This document shows positions 1 through 12,635 of a stretch of 53,957 nucleotides of DNA, piece after piece; position 1 is the stretch's first letter, and every line of letters begins with the position of its first letter. The notes beneath the pieces were generated by a model. It worked only from the letters and a program-made list of their open reading frames with translations, was not told the DNA's origin and ran no database searches. The translations under genes and the position numbers were made by a program. This DNA is from Nemertoderma westbladi (taxonomy: Eukaryota; Animalia; Xenacoelomorpha): assembly GCA_032718475.1 (NCBI GenBank), contig JAUCBJ010005647.1:1-53957 (forward strand), in the 5' to 3' direction.

Positions 1-840
1 AGTCCCCAGACCTGCTCTGGAATCAAATTGTGTCAATTTTAACATCAAATAATAAAATTCACGGGAATAAATTTAAATTCATATTCGAATGAATTTCATA
101 AATTGTCATTTTGTGCAATTTATAACATTCCCAAAATTCCAGTAATTAATAGATCATGGGAGCGGAGATTCATATTGAGTGTACTAGAGCGCGAGAATCT
201 CCAACATATAGTCAATAGCCGATAAAATTTATAAAATCAGGCATAAAGAGAAGATTGACAATTAAAGAATTACTATTAAATAACATCCCAGATCTGTATA
301 CATGAGAATTGCCCTAATTCTACCGCTACTTTTCCATAATGTCACCATGGCAACACCCACGCTAGAATTAGAAGCAAGTTAAAGGAACAATAAAAAGCTT
401 GCCCCATTGCGTAGCATAAGAGTATACACAGCGCACTATTAGTATCCAAGGATACATAGTAATAACGTGACATTCTGGAAGACACTGACTAACGGACAAA
501 TGGCATGCATGTGTGCAGTAAGTAATGATTGTATGGAATTTGTGCGTTTATAGGTGAATGTTACTACTAAAGTGTGTTTACAGTAGCTAATCGCAATCGT
601 AAAATAGCCCTAACTCTACCGAGGTAACCTCAAGTGGATTCAAGCCTTTGGGACGGACAGTGGTGGGACTTGTGCCGGTTATCGTTGTCGTGCTGTTGCT
701 ACATGTTGGCGTAAACACTGCGACAGCGGTACATCGGCGCTGAGAAACCCACTGTCCGGGGGCAAAAGCCTAGTAGGCAGCGACGCCCGCTTGCCTAAAA
801 TATTAACTCATATTGATATTAATAAACTCAGATAGCAGAT

Positions 841-2968
841 ATGACGGAATTGATAGAAGATGACCTTGGTATTAGAGAGCGATATACTCTACCTTTACAA
901 GCGTTTGTGGATAGCTTGATACGCGGTGAAGCCGATCCGACTATTACGGAGGACGATGGTCGTTATATCGAACCGCCGATGTCCCAGGAACAACTTACGC
1001 GTGAATTGGACTATAGAAAATTCACCGCTCGCTATACGAATCGTAATGGTACGTATATGGACTTCTTAACTACCGGCCATGGGTATCGATGGATCGATGT
1101 TACCCCAGCCCGTTCTCGAGATGTTATTCAACGAAAGAATCATTAAAATCGGCTCAGCTGTTTACGGAGATCTCCAAAACGACTTTCGGAATATGGAGAA
1201 TATCCCCTATCCTTTCGTGGATACTCAGCTGATAGCTCCTTGGGCCGAAGGCCGAGGTTTCTTTCGCACCATGTATGCTAATGTGTCTAGCAATATTACA
1301 AAGGTGCAACGAACTTCCATCGGACATCTTGCCTTTCAGGAATACGGGTGGAATTTCAAGGTCGGAAATCCCATCAACTATCAATAAGTATACGGAGACC
1401 ATTATTCTCGATTATACTTTGACGGACCGTTGACCGCACCTGGCGCCGTGTATAGCTTCATGAGTGTTCCACTCCGTCCCTCCTTAGCTATCTACACGAT
1501 CTTCGAAAACACCGCACTTTCCGGTTGGCTAGCCGATGTGTGCAGTCGTACTATACGCGCCCATCCATTAATCCTTGGGACCAAACTCGCTAAGCTAGAT
1601 GAACATAATAAATTCATCCGCTTTGAATGTTTCCGACGGTTTTTAACCCCGTTTCGCAACGTGGATAGCCAATTCAAAGACCGCGCTTTGACCAAGCTCA
1701 GCTTAAGAGACTCGGCTGCGGAGAAGTTAGATAGCGCTGGATTCGCTATTTTCAGAGACATTTGTGTAATAAACCTGCACTCCTCGGTTATCCAAAGACC
1801 TCGGATCCCCACCGGTTATTCTGTCGTGGAAATTCAGACGGTAGGTCCACTTGAGGAGACGGCCATGCCTACCTCAACTATACAAGGGGAAGACGAACCC
1901 ATATGTTTAGAATCTGAAGAGATTCAGCCCCCCACGTCTCGGAGTAGCGATAGCGACTACATATTGGAATGGTATCAAGGTCCCCAGTGTCTTACTGCGT
2001 ATGATTATCGCCATGCCAATTATGTTTCTAGACAACGTTGTCGGCTGTGCGCATCGAGAGACCATATTACGTCTATGGACACCAACGATCTTTGTTCCTA
2101 TTTCCACGAGCAACCGTCGATGGAAATCTATTGTGCATATTGTCGGCTTAATAATTTGCACATTTTTGCTGTCTGCCCCCAATTTATGACTCAATGCCAT
2201 CATTGTCAATTAAAAGGACACGCCAGCTTTGATTGTCCCTTTAACCATGATTTAGAGAGCGTAGATGAAATGATTGTACTACGTTATATCAGAGCTTGGG
2301 AAGCGAACGCTGATTTACATTGTGATTCACGCCATCGCTATTATCCTGGACGCGCTTACGAAGGAGTTTATGCGTTCCATCCTTATTTGTTTGCCTCCGT
2401 CGAGCAGAAATCGCGCCTATCAAGTTATGAACTATTGAAGCGCGTTGGAGAATGTATTTCAACCAAATATGTACGCAAATTTCTCAGGAGCATTAATCCG
2501 AGTGACATCCATTCTTACAACTTAATAAACTTTATCCGTCAAGACCCTGCCTATGGAGACTTATTCGTCAACTCACACCCTGAGTTACAAGAAGTATATC
2601 GACGGCCTTACGAGTACCGAGCCCGCGAACGCGAGTTGGAAAGAACCATTAAACCAAGGAAGTTTCTAACTACCTATGGTCCACCCACGGCCCTCGTGCA
2701 GACCACTCGTACAGGACCCGTAAGAGCGGCTGTCTTGAAACGAGCTCTCAAAGCCGTTAGACCCCTCTCCCCGGACGTTGATGTCAATCAACCCGGTACT
2801 TCGACCGGCGGATATACCGATCGCAATCCCATACCTTCTGATGCAATCATATTGCACCCTTCACCCAGGAGTTATAGCCCTCCTCGTAAAGTGGCTCGCC
2901 CCAAAGAGAAAAGGACTCTTGCTAGCTTTAAAAAACTGCGTAAACGCCGTCCGCGCAAGAAAGACTAA
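841..2968 (+). pseudogene. Extra 3' ORF of LTR family A: DEDDy/WRN-like 3'-5' exonuclease + 3 CCHC zinc knuckles (disrupted)
   Basis: ORFs 841-1146, 1079-1387 and 1430-2968 join through one frameshift and an in-frame TAA (1385-1387). Exonuclease-like motifs LPQPVLEMLFNERIIKIGSAVYGD, FVDTQ and LAIYTIFE. Knuckles CRLCASRDH, CAYCRLNNLHIFAVC and CHHCQLKGHASFDC. Collinear with 24785-27335 and lies directly upstream of an LTR. Confidence 0.7.
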
Positions 2969-3046
2969 CTGTTTAGAGTATTTTTATATTTTAGAAACTG
3001 TGATTTTGTATATTTTATAGACTTAAATCCCATTTTCTGGGAGCGG

Positions 3047-4256
3047 TGTAAAAGCTTTTGTGGGATAACTGATACGTTTGCCTTTGCTGGCCAGTTCCCC
3101 CCCAGTCGCTAGAATACTCTCAAAGGGATTTATAACTAAAATAGTGCAAGCTACCAGCTTATTGGCTGATGTGCTGTACGGAGATATCTGGGCTCAGTTT
3201 AATCGGCCAACTAGCTTAGAGAGGTTGCCTTAGCCTTGCTGTTCGTGTCGGCCAATAGAATTTGCGTAGGCGTTGATTTCGACCTATCCCAGCGCTACTG
3301 AACTGAATTTCCTATCTCTATGCTCATCCTCTGTGTTGAACGGGGCTTCGTGGAATAAGAGTTTTTGGTATACTCGTATAGTAGTAGTAGTCATATGATT
3401 TTATATGATTCTGTTGTTGTGTTCCCATTTTTCGCCATAACACCGGCTTTTTGGGAAGAACTCTAGTAAAACTGCTTAAATTATCGAAAGTATAAACTGT
3501 TACCGAATCCTACTCACTAACTAATCTAATCAATCTTAACTCACTATTAATCATATTGTTTGTACTGTTATTTACCGTCAGTTATTAATTGTACCTATTT
3601 GTTGATGGAAATATTGCTCTTTGGATAATACGGATAAATCACCCAAATTTCCCAATTTTCTTGATACACTACAGGTTAGAGAGGCGGGCTATATATAACA
3701 ATTGCGATTTATATTAATGTGGTGTGTATTGAATCTAATGTTATTTAGCAGACCCTACATGAGTCAATTGCTGCTCTCTTTATGTGTGATCAAATGTACT
3801 GACGGTCGGCAGAATAGTGTGCATGATTGTTATTGGTAACAAAGCATTTCCTAAAGAATGCGCTTTATACTTTAATCATAAGCAGCAGTATCGTTGCGTT
3901 TAGTATAAGTCCTAGTTCTGTTTAAATAGATAGAGCGCCACGTCCTAAAGGAACTGTTAATATTTCCCGAAAGCCAATAATATCTGTCAGAAATTAATTA
4001 ATAACGATCTATCGAATAATACAGTAAGTTTACACTGCAACCTTGCAACCTTACGCTGCAATAATAAAATTTAAGCAGCCGAATTCAGCCTCCCGGGTGT
4101 AGATCCATCGGGTGAATGATCGCGCATGGGCTGACTTCGGGTAATGTTTTGTGTATTAGCATAAAATATTGTCGTATGCTAAAGTTGTTTTAATTAACTA
4201 AAAGACATATAAATTTTGGCAGGTTGAACTGCTAAAGGTCTTCAAAAGCGCGAACA
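3047..4256 (+). mobile_element. 3' LTR of LTR retrotransposon family A (~1.2 kb, TG...CA)
   Basis: Near-full-length direct repeat of 49359-50563. Starts TGTAAAAG, ends GCGCGAACA, and is preceded by purine-rich GGGAGCGG (3039-3046, PPT-like). Confidence 0.88.
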
Positions 4257-4750
4257 GCCAGTCCCAGTACTACTGGTGAAATAGTTTGTAAGAGATAAAG
4301 CATAAAACACTATAGGACAGTAAGATTAGCCAACCTAGGCAGTAGAGTTAATTGAAGTATATTGTGCTGTTTTGAGATATAAATTTATTGACTTATAGTA
4401 GGCCTAGTAGTGGAACAACAAGATAATAGAACAGACTCAATTCAACAGTATCCCTAACTCTGCTGACTGCTGTCCGACTCTCCATAATGCCCCGTGCAGC
4501 AATCTCCCAGTCCGCAGCTGGGGAGATCCATAACCCTCTCATGTAACAGTATCTTTATTTCTGGTGAATCTTTATATGTACTGTAGCCTACGTACTGTGA
4601 GCACTATATAATTTTCTCGTTCTGTAAATATGTATTTTACTGTGTTCTAGTTCACCTTGACATATGCATGTAATTAAATATATGTATTTTATGATCAATG
4701 CGTAAAAATATATTTTAATCATTAGCCTATTAACTGAATATATTATTGCA

Positions 4751-6209
4751 ATGATGGTTGCGCTTACCATCTTCGTTTTGGCCAATGTGGTCGGATTATC
4801 GATTGGTGGTTTTTACATCAACAGTTTCTGTACCAACCAGACCACAACTGGAGTTTCTACCAAAGCCGCATCCTCGAACCAGTGCATCATTGATTGTGAC
4901 CGGAACGATCAATGCTGGTCTTTCAACTTCACTGACAGATGCGAAATATATGAAGAGGATTGTCTGGCAGATATGGAGAACTGGGATGTGGAAACTCTGG
5001 GGAAACGATGGATGAGCAAGAAAAAAGGTATAGAAGAAATGTAATATTTAACAAAGAATGTAGAAAGTTGGTTGTTCCTTAAATGCTACCCGGGTAAGGG
5101 AGGGTGGGCGGGTGGGCGGGTGGGCGGCGCCCACCCGCCCACCCGCCCACCCTCCCTTACCCCCCCCCCCTCCTGCAGAGGCGTAGCGAGCTCTTCTGGC
5201 GCCCAGGGGAATGGAGCGCTTAGATAGACCCCCCCCCCCCTTCACTAGTTTTAATTTCTCATTTATGACTTTGTTTTCTGAAATATTATATATCTAACAG
5301 TATATAACTATATCAAATCTATTATACACAAGTTTGATATAGTGAGGTCATTTATAATATATAGAATGAAGCGATATATGATGACGAGCGACAGAAAATT
5401 TTTACACATTTTCGCTTATGTCCTGTAATTACTCTATCACAATAAATTTTAATTTTTTTAAAATAAATTTTACAAGAATTCACCGACTTTTCCCTGACAT
5501 TTCAGCGCCCCTGGGTGAGTGCGCCCGGGGGTACATTCCCCCCCCCCCCCCCGCCATCGCTACGCCTCCCCCTCCCTTCTTGGAATTCAATATATATTGT
5601 GCATATTTAACAATTTAACAATTTAAGATAGATAATCTGTTAATAATGTAGAAACTTACAGTATTGGTATATTACATCGGCGGCGTATTTATTACCAATC
5701 TGATTGAGAATATTAAATATGATAATACACTGTTATATGGGGAAAGAGTACAATTTAATTTTTTTTAGAAAGTTAGAAAGAAAGTATTCGCACCCCAATG
5801 GTAGTAGTATTCTAGTTGTGGTGATTTATCTCTGGTAGCTCACATGGTAAAGCGGTAGACTTAAGATGTGGAAGTACTTGGTTCGACCTCAGATAGTTGT
5901 AAATTATTTTCCACTTCCTTCTAGTACCATGGGTTGGCTCATTTACCTCACCATGCCACACCAACTACATGGGGGATGTTTCTCTAATGAAACAGAACGA
6001 CATCGGCAATTATATACAATGCATGACAGAATGTGGGGCTACTATAGACTGTACAGCTGCTGTGTGGGCCTGGGACGACGAAAATCTAACTGCCAAATTA
6101 TGTCTGTTCGAAAATCCAAATCATTCTGACACAATTCTAAGCAACATCATTGATACATATGGGGATAATGTTGCATTCTTTGACAAGGTGGACAATATCG
6201 AATTTCAAT
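4751..6209 (+). CDS. Probable host gene: small secreted protein with two PAN/apple-like Cys domains (exons ~4751-5027 and 5925-6209; 3' end uncertain)
   Basis: Hydrophobic signal-like N-terminus MMVALTIFVLANVVG. Cys patterns CIIDCDRNDQCWSFNF..C and CMTECGATIDCTAAVW..C. Phase-compatible splice sites AAG|gtatag (5027), ttccttctag|TA (5925) and T|gtaagt (6209). Confidence 0.6.
5092..5162. repeat. Perfect GC-rich palindrome, 35-bp arms with 1-nt spacer
   Basis: GGGTAAGGGAGGGTGGGCGGGTGGGCGGGTGGGCG-G-exact reverse complement. Confidence 0.9.
5176..5568. mobile_element. MITE-like element in the intron (possibly hAT-type)
   Basis: Inverted termini GAGGCGTAGCGA (5178-5189) / TCGCTACGCCTC (5557-5568), subterminal GCGCCC motifs, AT-rich core. 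No clear TSD. Confidence 0.5.
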
Positions 6210-7094
6210 GTAAGTTTTGTTTTACAAATTCTTCCAACTTTTTTTTTAACTTTAACTTTTAACTTTATTCCCGATGAATTGTGTTAATTATTAATTATAA
6301 ATAGCACACCCAACACCACCAATACAAAATAAGAGCTAGTAGCTTAAGATATAATAGTAATATAAAGTAGTAAGTGAACTGGTAGTGAGGCAGCTAAATT
6401 AATAACTAGCCAACCCCCCACAATAGCAGAGGTAGTACAGCGGGAGGATTGGCTAAAATAACGGGAAAGGTTAGGAATAATAAATTTGATAGTACATATG
6501 GCAGGATAGAGAAAATACCTATAGACAAACCTAACAGTTAACCTATAGCCACCATGAGACGACGACATGAAGATACGTTAGAAGAATTTACTGCGAGGCT
6601 GAACAGAGATTTTTGCTTAAATGGAACAACATGTATATAGACAAGTAACAGGGCAACAGGGCGATGCGGAACGAGAAAAAAAATAATAATAAATGGACAC
6701 AGCGGAAAATATTTTTACTGCGACTATTTCTTATATAATCAGAAAGTGTATTCCATATTAGTGCTCCTTGGAAAGAAAACGAACACCATGCGACCTCCAG
6801 TCAGACCCTCGGAAGATGGAAGTGACCAGAAGAGGCAGAGCGAGTGTTATGATCGTGGACACTGGAAGACCTAGTAAATAAAAGCGCGAATGGATGGTTG
6901 GGATTATTACTAATATCAAACATAAGAATTGCAACTTAATGTTCGTACAGTAGTGGTAGAGGTGGAATATAGAACTGTTGGTAAATACGAATTGCTGAAG
7001 ACCTAGAATCTCTAAAGGTCATAAATCTGATTATTTTATTGAATTTTGTTTTTAATTTTTTTGTAATTAACGGGAAAATACCACCCCATACCAC

Positions 7095-10000
7095 TATGAC
7101 AGGAACCAACAGAGTTGGCAGTATCGGATCCAGACCGGTACGTGAATTATACGCGTTGCCGCGTCCGTGGGCTGCTGAGCTGTTACTGGATATCTATAGT
7201 AGACCGAAGGCCGTTCAAAATAACTGAGTTTTGTTGTCTGTGTTAATAATCATAGTAATCGATAATAGCACAGTCTGAATATAATAGCATGCAATACAAT
7301 GGTTAGTGACGACGGTTAAGAACTGTTCCAGTCTCACAACTGTAAGGAACCAACTGAACTAGTGATCAATAACTACAACGGTTATATCATTGACACATAT
7401 TAAATGACCTCTACGCTACTGAGTGGCCTGAATATCCAATAGATGCGCTCTAATCACCCCAATGTGCTTACCCGCCCACCATTGGCTTAACCTGATTAAT
7501 TGTCACCTCGCCACTCCCTGTTGTCACCATCCCCACAAGCTAGACATACTAGGTTGTTTGTCCCTCTGAGGTGGTTTGACCTCTCACCTCTCTCTGTGGC
7601 TTATGGCATGTATCGCCTTAGTTGGTTGTGAGGTGACATTATTATTACTAAAATCACCTCGCCAACTATAATTGGTAAAATGACACTAATCCTATTTTCG
7701 GTGGGTAATGCAGGGAATTGAATCCGCTTACTTCACGTATTGTGCGTAGATTCATATCTAACGGTTTAGTGTTTTGGTTACTTGGACTGGCCTACTGGGG
7801 GTATTGGGTTTGTATTTGTTTATGTTGTTGCTTTGCTTCTGTCCCTGCCACGGTGTGGCTCTACTCCCAGCTCATGTGGACTAGAAGTCCCCTGCGTGGC
7901 CGCATGCGGTAGCAACTGTCTCACTTTCGGAAATGCATCCGCCGAAATATGTTCCGGTTTAGGTCGGCTGCATTCCGCTTTCGGTACCTTACTGAGACTG
8001 TCCTCACTATAGACTGGATCCGTTATTAACTCCGCCTCGTAGTTAAGGAAGTTCGACATCTCCTCCAACCCTGGCTCCACACCTTTCCTTTCTCGAGTGG
8101 AGAAAGCGATCTTTCTCCATTTGTTTCTCAGCCAGATCGGTAGTGCCTGCTCTATCGTGGTGATGTTGTTCGATGCATTGAGTTCGTGAGGTGCATCTAG
8201 AGTCTTTAATAATATTAGTGCTTTTTCTACTTTGTTAGTGAAAGTCTTGATGCTAACAGGGTTATCTGCGAGTCCACCTGATGTTATTCCCCTTAAGGTT
8301 TCTCGGATAATCTTCGCAGGATGGCCGAATTCCCGTCCAGGGCTCGCCATGCAGTCGTGAATCCTCCTTCAATACCTTGGCATTGCCTCACGATGTCGTA
8401 AGCTGGCCCCCCAGCATAGACTTGTAGATATTTAAGGCACTCCGCCTGCATGAGATTTTTTGTCAAGATCTCATTGCTGTACATACGCCGGAACTGTAGA
8501 TATTCCTCCGGCTCTTGCTACCATCGAACTTGAAGGGCTCCACGGGTGGCAGCTCAATTCTAGTTTTTAGCGCATGGATGAGTATTGCCATTCCCATCGC
8601 TTGTACTTCTAGCGCGCTCGATGGTGGGGATACAGGCTCCTTTGGTGTTGGGTGCGGTTCGCCTATCGCGCCTGTCGACTTTCCCTGAGTGGGATATATC
8701 ATCGGGGGTAGCGGTCCTCTCCATATCTCTGTGTCGCACGATTTGTTTGGATCGGAGGGGGTCGGGGTTCTTGTTTTTGGTTGTGTATATTGCGGATACT
8801 GTAATGGGGGAATGTCACCCTGCCCCATGTTATGGTTATGTTAGGTTTGGTACTGGTGTTGATGTTATTATATTTGGGGCCCACACACCTATCTGCAATA
8901 CCCTGGATATATATTGTATCCCTGCATATTATAGTAATACTGGTGTGCAGGTACCGGTATAGGCCAATCAGGTTCTTGCCAACTAACCGGTATGCATGCC
9001 GCGACCTCCGGGTCCAATCCCGGCATTTGCTTTACCCTATCGCCTACACTATCTCTCCCAGCATGGCCTATAGTATGTGCAGTAAGGCCTATAGTATGTC
9101 CTGCAGTCTGCCTGTGTCCTTCCAGATCGAAGTTTAATCTTCTCGAATATTCTGAGCACTCCTCCCCGCGACTACCATATCCTCGATCGGCAGCTATGTT
9201 CCGACGGGAAGTTTCCCTCCGATCCCCTCTTCTGTCTTCTTCCTCGTACCGGTGCACTCTGTACCCCTCTCCCGGTGCATGGTATATTTCGCCAGGTTGT
9301 ATTTCTCCGGGGCGACGGCTATCTCCCGGAGTACGACCCCACCAGCTCTCTCTCTCCATTTCGACTATCAATGGTTCACTGTCCATCCTTTCTCTCTGGT
9401 TGCCCATAGCAACACTTCCTCATCCCTCCTCACCTTTTTTAATTTCAGCATAATGTCCTCCTTCATGAGATCTCGTATTGACCTCCCGGATGAACTCCAC
9501 TGTTCTTCTTCCGTCTTCCGAGTGGGCTAGACGTTTCCTCGTTTGGCTGCTTACGGCACCAACGTCCCTCCCTCTGCCTGGTTGGACGGCCCCGTGGATA
9601 TTCGCACTCCTCCTATTATGCTCTGTCATCGGGTGCCACGGTTCACTTAACTCACCGCACGCATTATCTGCCAACACTCGTGGGGCCTCTGTTGCCCCCC
9701 CCCCCCCACCTTTCCTCCATCATCGGGTGCAACGGTTCACTTAACTCATCGCACACATTATCTGCCGATGCTCATGGGGCGTTTATTGCCCCCCCCCCCT
9801 TTTTTCCGTCCGTCATCGGGTGCCACAGTCCATTTAACTCACCGCACGCATTATCTGCCGACGCTCGCGGGGCGTTTTCTGCCCCCCCTTGTCATTAATT
9901 GGTTGTGGCGGTGTGCCCGTAGCACCCCCCCCCCCCCCCCACCTGTCACCTCTTGTCTCGCCCCCATGCCCATGTTCCCCTCCAGTCGACACGTTAGTTC

Positions 10001-10577
10001 TCTCCTCACTGGGTTTATTTAACCGCGTTCCTCCCTCCACAACTGCATGGCCTTGTAGGCCCTCACTAGGCAAATTGCCTCTTTCCCCTAGGTTTGTATT
10101 AATTGTACCACCATTAGACTTGCGTGTGAATTATACGCGTCGCCGCATCCGTGGGCTGCTGAGCTGTTACTGGATTTCTATAGTAGGCCAAAGGCCATTC
10201 AAAATAATTGAGTTTTGTTGTCAGTGTTAATAATCACAGTAATCGATAATAGCACAGTCTGAATATAATAGCATGCAATACAACGGTTAGTGATGACGGG
10301 TAAAAACTGTTCCGGTCTCACAACTGTAAGGAACCAACTGAACTAGTGATCAATAACTACAACGGTTATATCATTGACACATATTAAATTACCTCTACGC
10401 TACTGAGTAGCCTGAATATCCAATAGATGCGCTTTAATCACCCCAATGTGTTTTCCCGCCCACCATTGGCTTAACCTGATTAATTGTCACCTCGCCACTC
10501 CCTGTTGTCACCATCCCTACAAGCTAAGCCTTACTAGCTTGTTTGTCCCTCTGAGGTGGTTTGACCTCTTTCTGTGG
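7095..10577 (-). mobile_element. Internally deleted BEL/Pao element related to family B (LTR - gag fragment - partial LTR)
   Basis: Diverged direct repeats ~7140-7600 and ~10125-10577. The left copy extends to TGTCA (7685) and GTCATA (7095) on the minus strand, and its end resembles the family-B LTR end. The interior is homologous to gag at 17044-19000. Confidence 0.75.
7700..10100 (-). pseudogene. gag: Fragmented BEL/Pao gag
   Basis: ORFs 8889-9407, 8463-8828, 8293-8484 and 7820-8350 match family-B gag (RIELPPVEPFKFDGS, GHPAKIIR, WLRNKWRKIAFS) with several frameshifts. No pol. Confidence 0.85.
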
Positions 10578-11874
10578 ATATTTTAAATGATTACAAATTT
10601 AAATGAGAGCAAAATTGTTTCCAAAAATTATATTCAGTTAAAAATTAGGTTCAGATGCATGGGGTGCGACCTACGATCGCATTGTTCAAGCCTCGAAAAT
10701 TTGTAACTATTGGTTCTTCAAACACCCCATTAAATACATTTCACAATAATGAGAATTGAAGAATTTGGACATTTTTTTTTAGCATTTTTTGGTACAAAGA
10801 TCGTAAATATTTTAATATAGATTTTTTAGGGGCTGGAAATTTTCCGCTACACTGGTGTCACCAGCGAAAATGCTTCCATTCTTATTCCAACCTGCCCACT
10901 GGCCCTGCACTGGCAATTTGGCATTCACTGTCCTGTGTCATTCTGTGACTGCTGGACTGCAGACTGTCATTTTAGTCATTGACACTCTATGACAGTCAGA
11001 CCGTCATGTCATAGTGGTAGTCAGGTGACTGGTGGTATACCAGCTGACCGGTACTGTCAGACTAGGTACTGCTGTACTGGCTGACTGGTATAGCATGTAG
11101 CAGTATTCCGGTACTGCACTGGTACAGTGGTAGGCCTATACCACAACCACAGTCAGACAGTCTGACAGTACCAGGGTTGGAATTCATGCTGCAAAATTTG
11201 GACTCGTCAGCCCGTACGCACGCACGTCGTACCGGTACCTGCACGACATGACCGTGCGCGTGCATGCACGTTGATCTCGAAACAACAAAGCATACGCATA
11301 CCTGCACGCTCCTGCATGAATTCCAACCTGCACCTGGCGGGCTTCTGCAATATCACGAATCAATTGCAGAAGCCGAACGGAACCGGAATTGCCAAACTTC
11401 GGCCCGAACCAAAGCTGAAGCCTGACTGCAATACTTCCAAAACTTGCGCCAGATAGTGCCATTAAACTGTGCCCATCAGCCCATGGCGGGTCCGAAATCG
11501 CGCCAATACCAACTTACACAAAATGTAAATAAATCGCGAGCGAAGCGAGCGAGCGAAATTTTTTTTGTGGCAAATTTCTTGTTCTCACTTCTGCACTTTG
11601 CAAGAACTTTAAACTGTTAAAAGATTTGAGAGTACAAGCTTTACTGCTTTAAAAGAGCCCTCCTGTCGCTCAGCGCCAGGCAGTCAGGGCACTCAAATCG
11701 CGCCTGTCGCGTGCTGATCAACCATGGCCTAAGTCACAAATATTAGGAGACCCAACAAAGATTGGCAGTGTATGTAAAGTTAAATACCGTCGAAAGCTTT
11801 GGAATGTTCTGATTGTGCGTTGTGAAACAACTTCTTCTGCGCCTAAATCAAAGAAGAGGGTTCATAGTAAACGT

Positions 11875-12375
11875 CCTCCAGAACCTCCTATTAGCGATGG
11901 TATCGACCTTCCTCCAGAACCTTTTCTTGGCGATGGTATCGACCTTCCTCCAGAACCTTTTCTTGGCGATGGTATCGACCTTCCTCCAGAACCTCCTATT
12001 GGCGATGGTATCGACCTTCCTCCAGAACCTTTTCTTGGTGATGGTATCGACCTTCCACCAGAACCTCCTATTGGCGATGGTATCGACCTTCCTCCAGAAC
12101 CTTTTCTTGGCGATGGTATCGACCTTCCTCCAGAACCTCCTATTGGCGATGGTATCGACCTTCCTCCAGAACCTTTTCTTGGCGATGGTATAGACCTTCC
12201 TCCAGAACCTCCTATTGGCGATGGTATCGACCTTCCTTCAGAACCTTTTCTTGGCGATGGTATCGACCTTCGTCCAGAACCTTTTCTTGGCGATGGTATC
12301 GACCTTCCTCCAGAACCTCCTATTGGCGATGGTATCGACCTTCCTCCAGAACCTTTTTTTGGCGATGGTATTTAC
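11875..12375 (+). repeat. 36-bp coding tandem repeat (DGIDLPPEP[FL/PI]G, ~14 copies)
   Basis: Direct inspection; in frame within ORF 11815-12666. Confidence 0.9.
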
Positions 12376-12635
12376 CTGCCAGAGTCCTGCTCTCCATCTC
12401 AAATAGATGTAGAACAAGAACAGCTTGAAGGTTTGGAGGAGTATATTCTTTTTGATGCACCTATAGGTGAACCTCACAATAGTGATATAGTTGTGAAATC
12501 CGTACGCAGGAATTTGTTTTCTTATAAACCCCCAGCTGATGACGAAGTGTCTAAATCACCCAAATTTAAAGGTAGTGGTATATTTCGTATTGGAGCAGGG
12601 GTAAGAAAAAGAAAGAAGCTTAAATGTCCCTTATG

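Noticed and set aside
7095-7685. Solo LTR insertion
   Set aside because: Flanks ACCAC and CTAAT do not form a TSD; better explained as part of a deleted or recombined element.
10850-11720. Genes or a defined element in the ACTG/CAGT-rich region
   Set aside because: Short ORFs lack motifs and no termini or TSD could be established.
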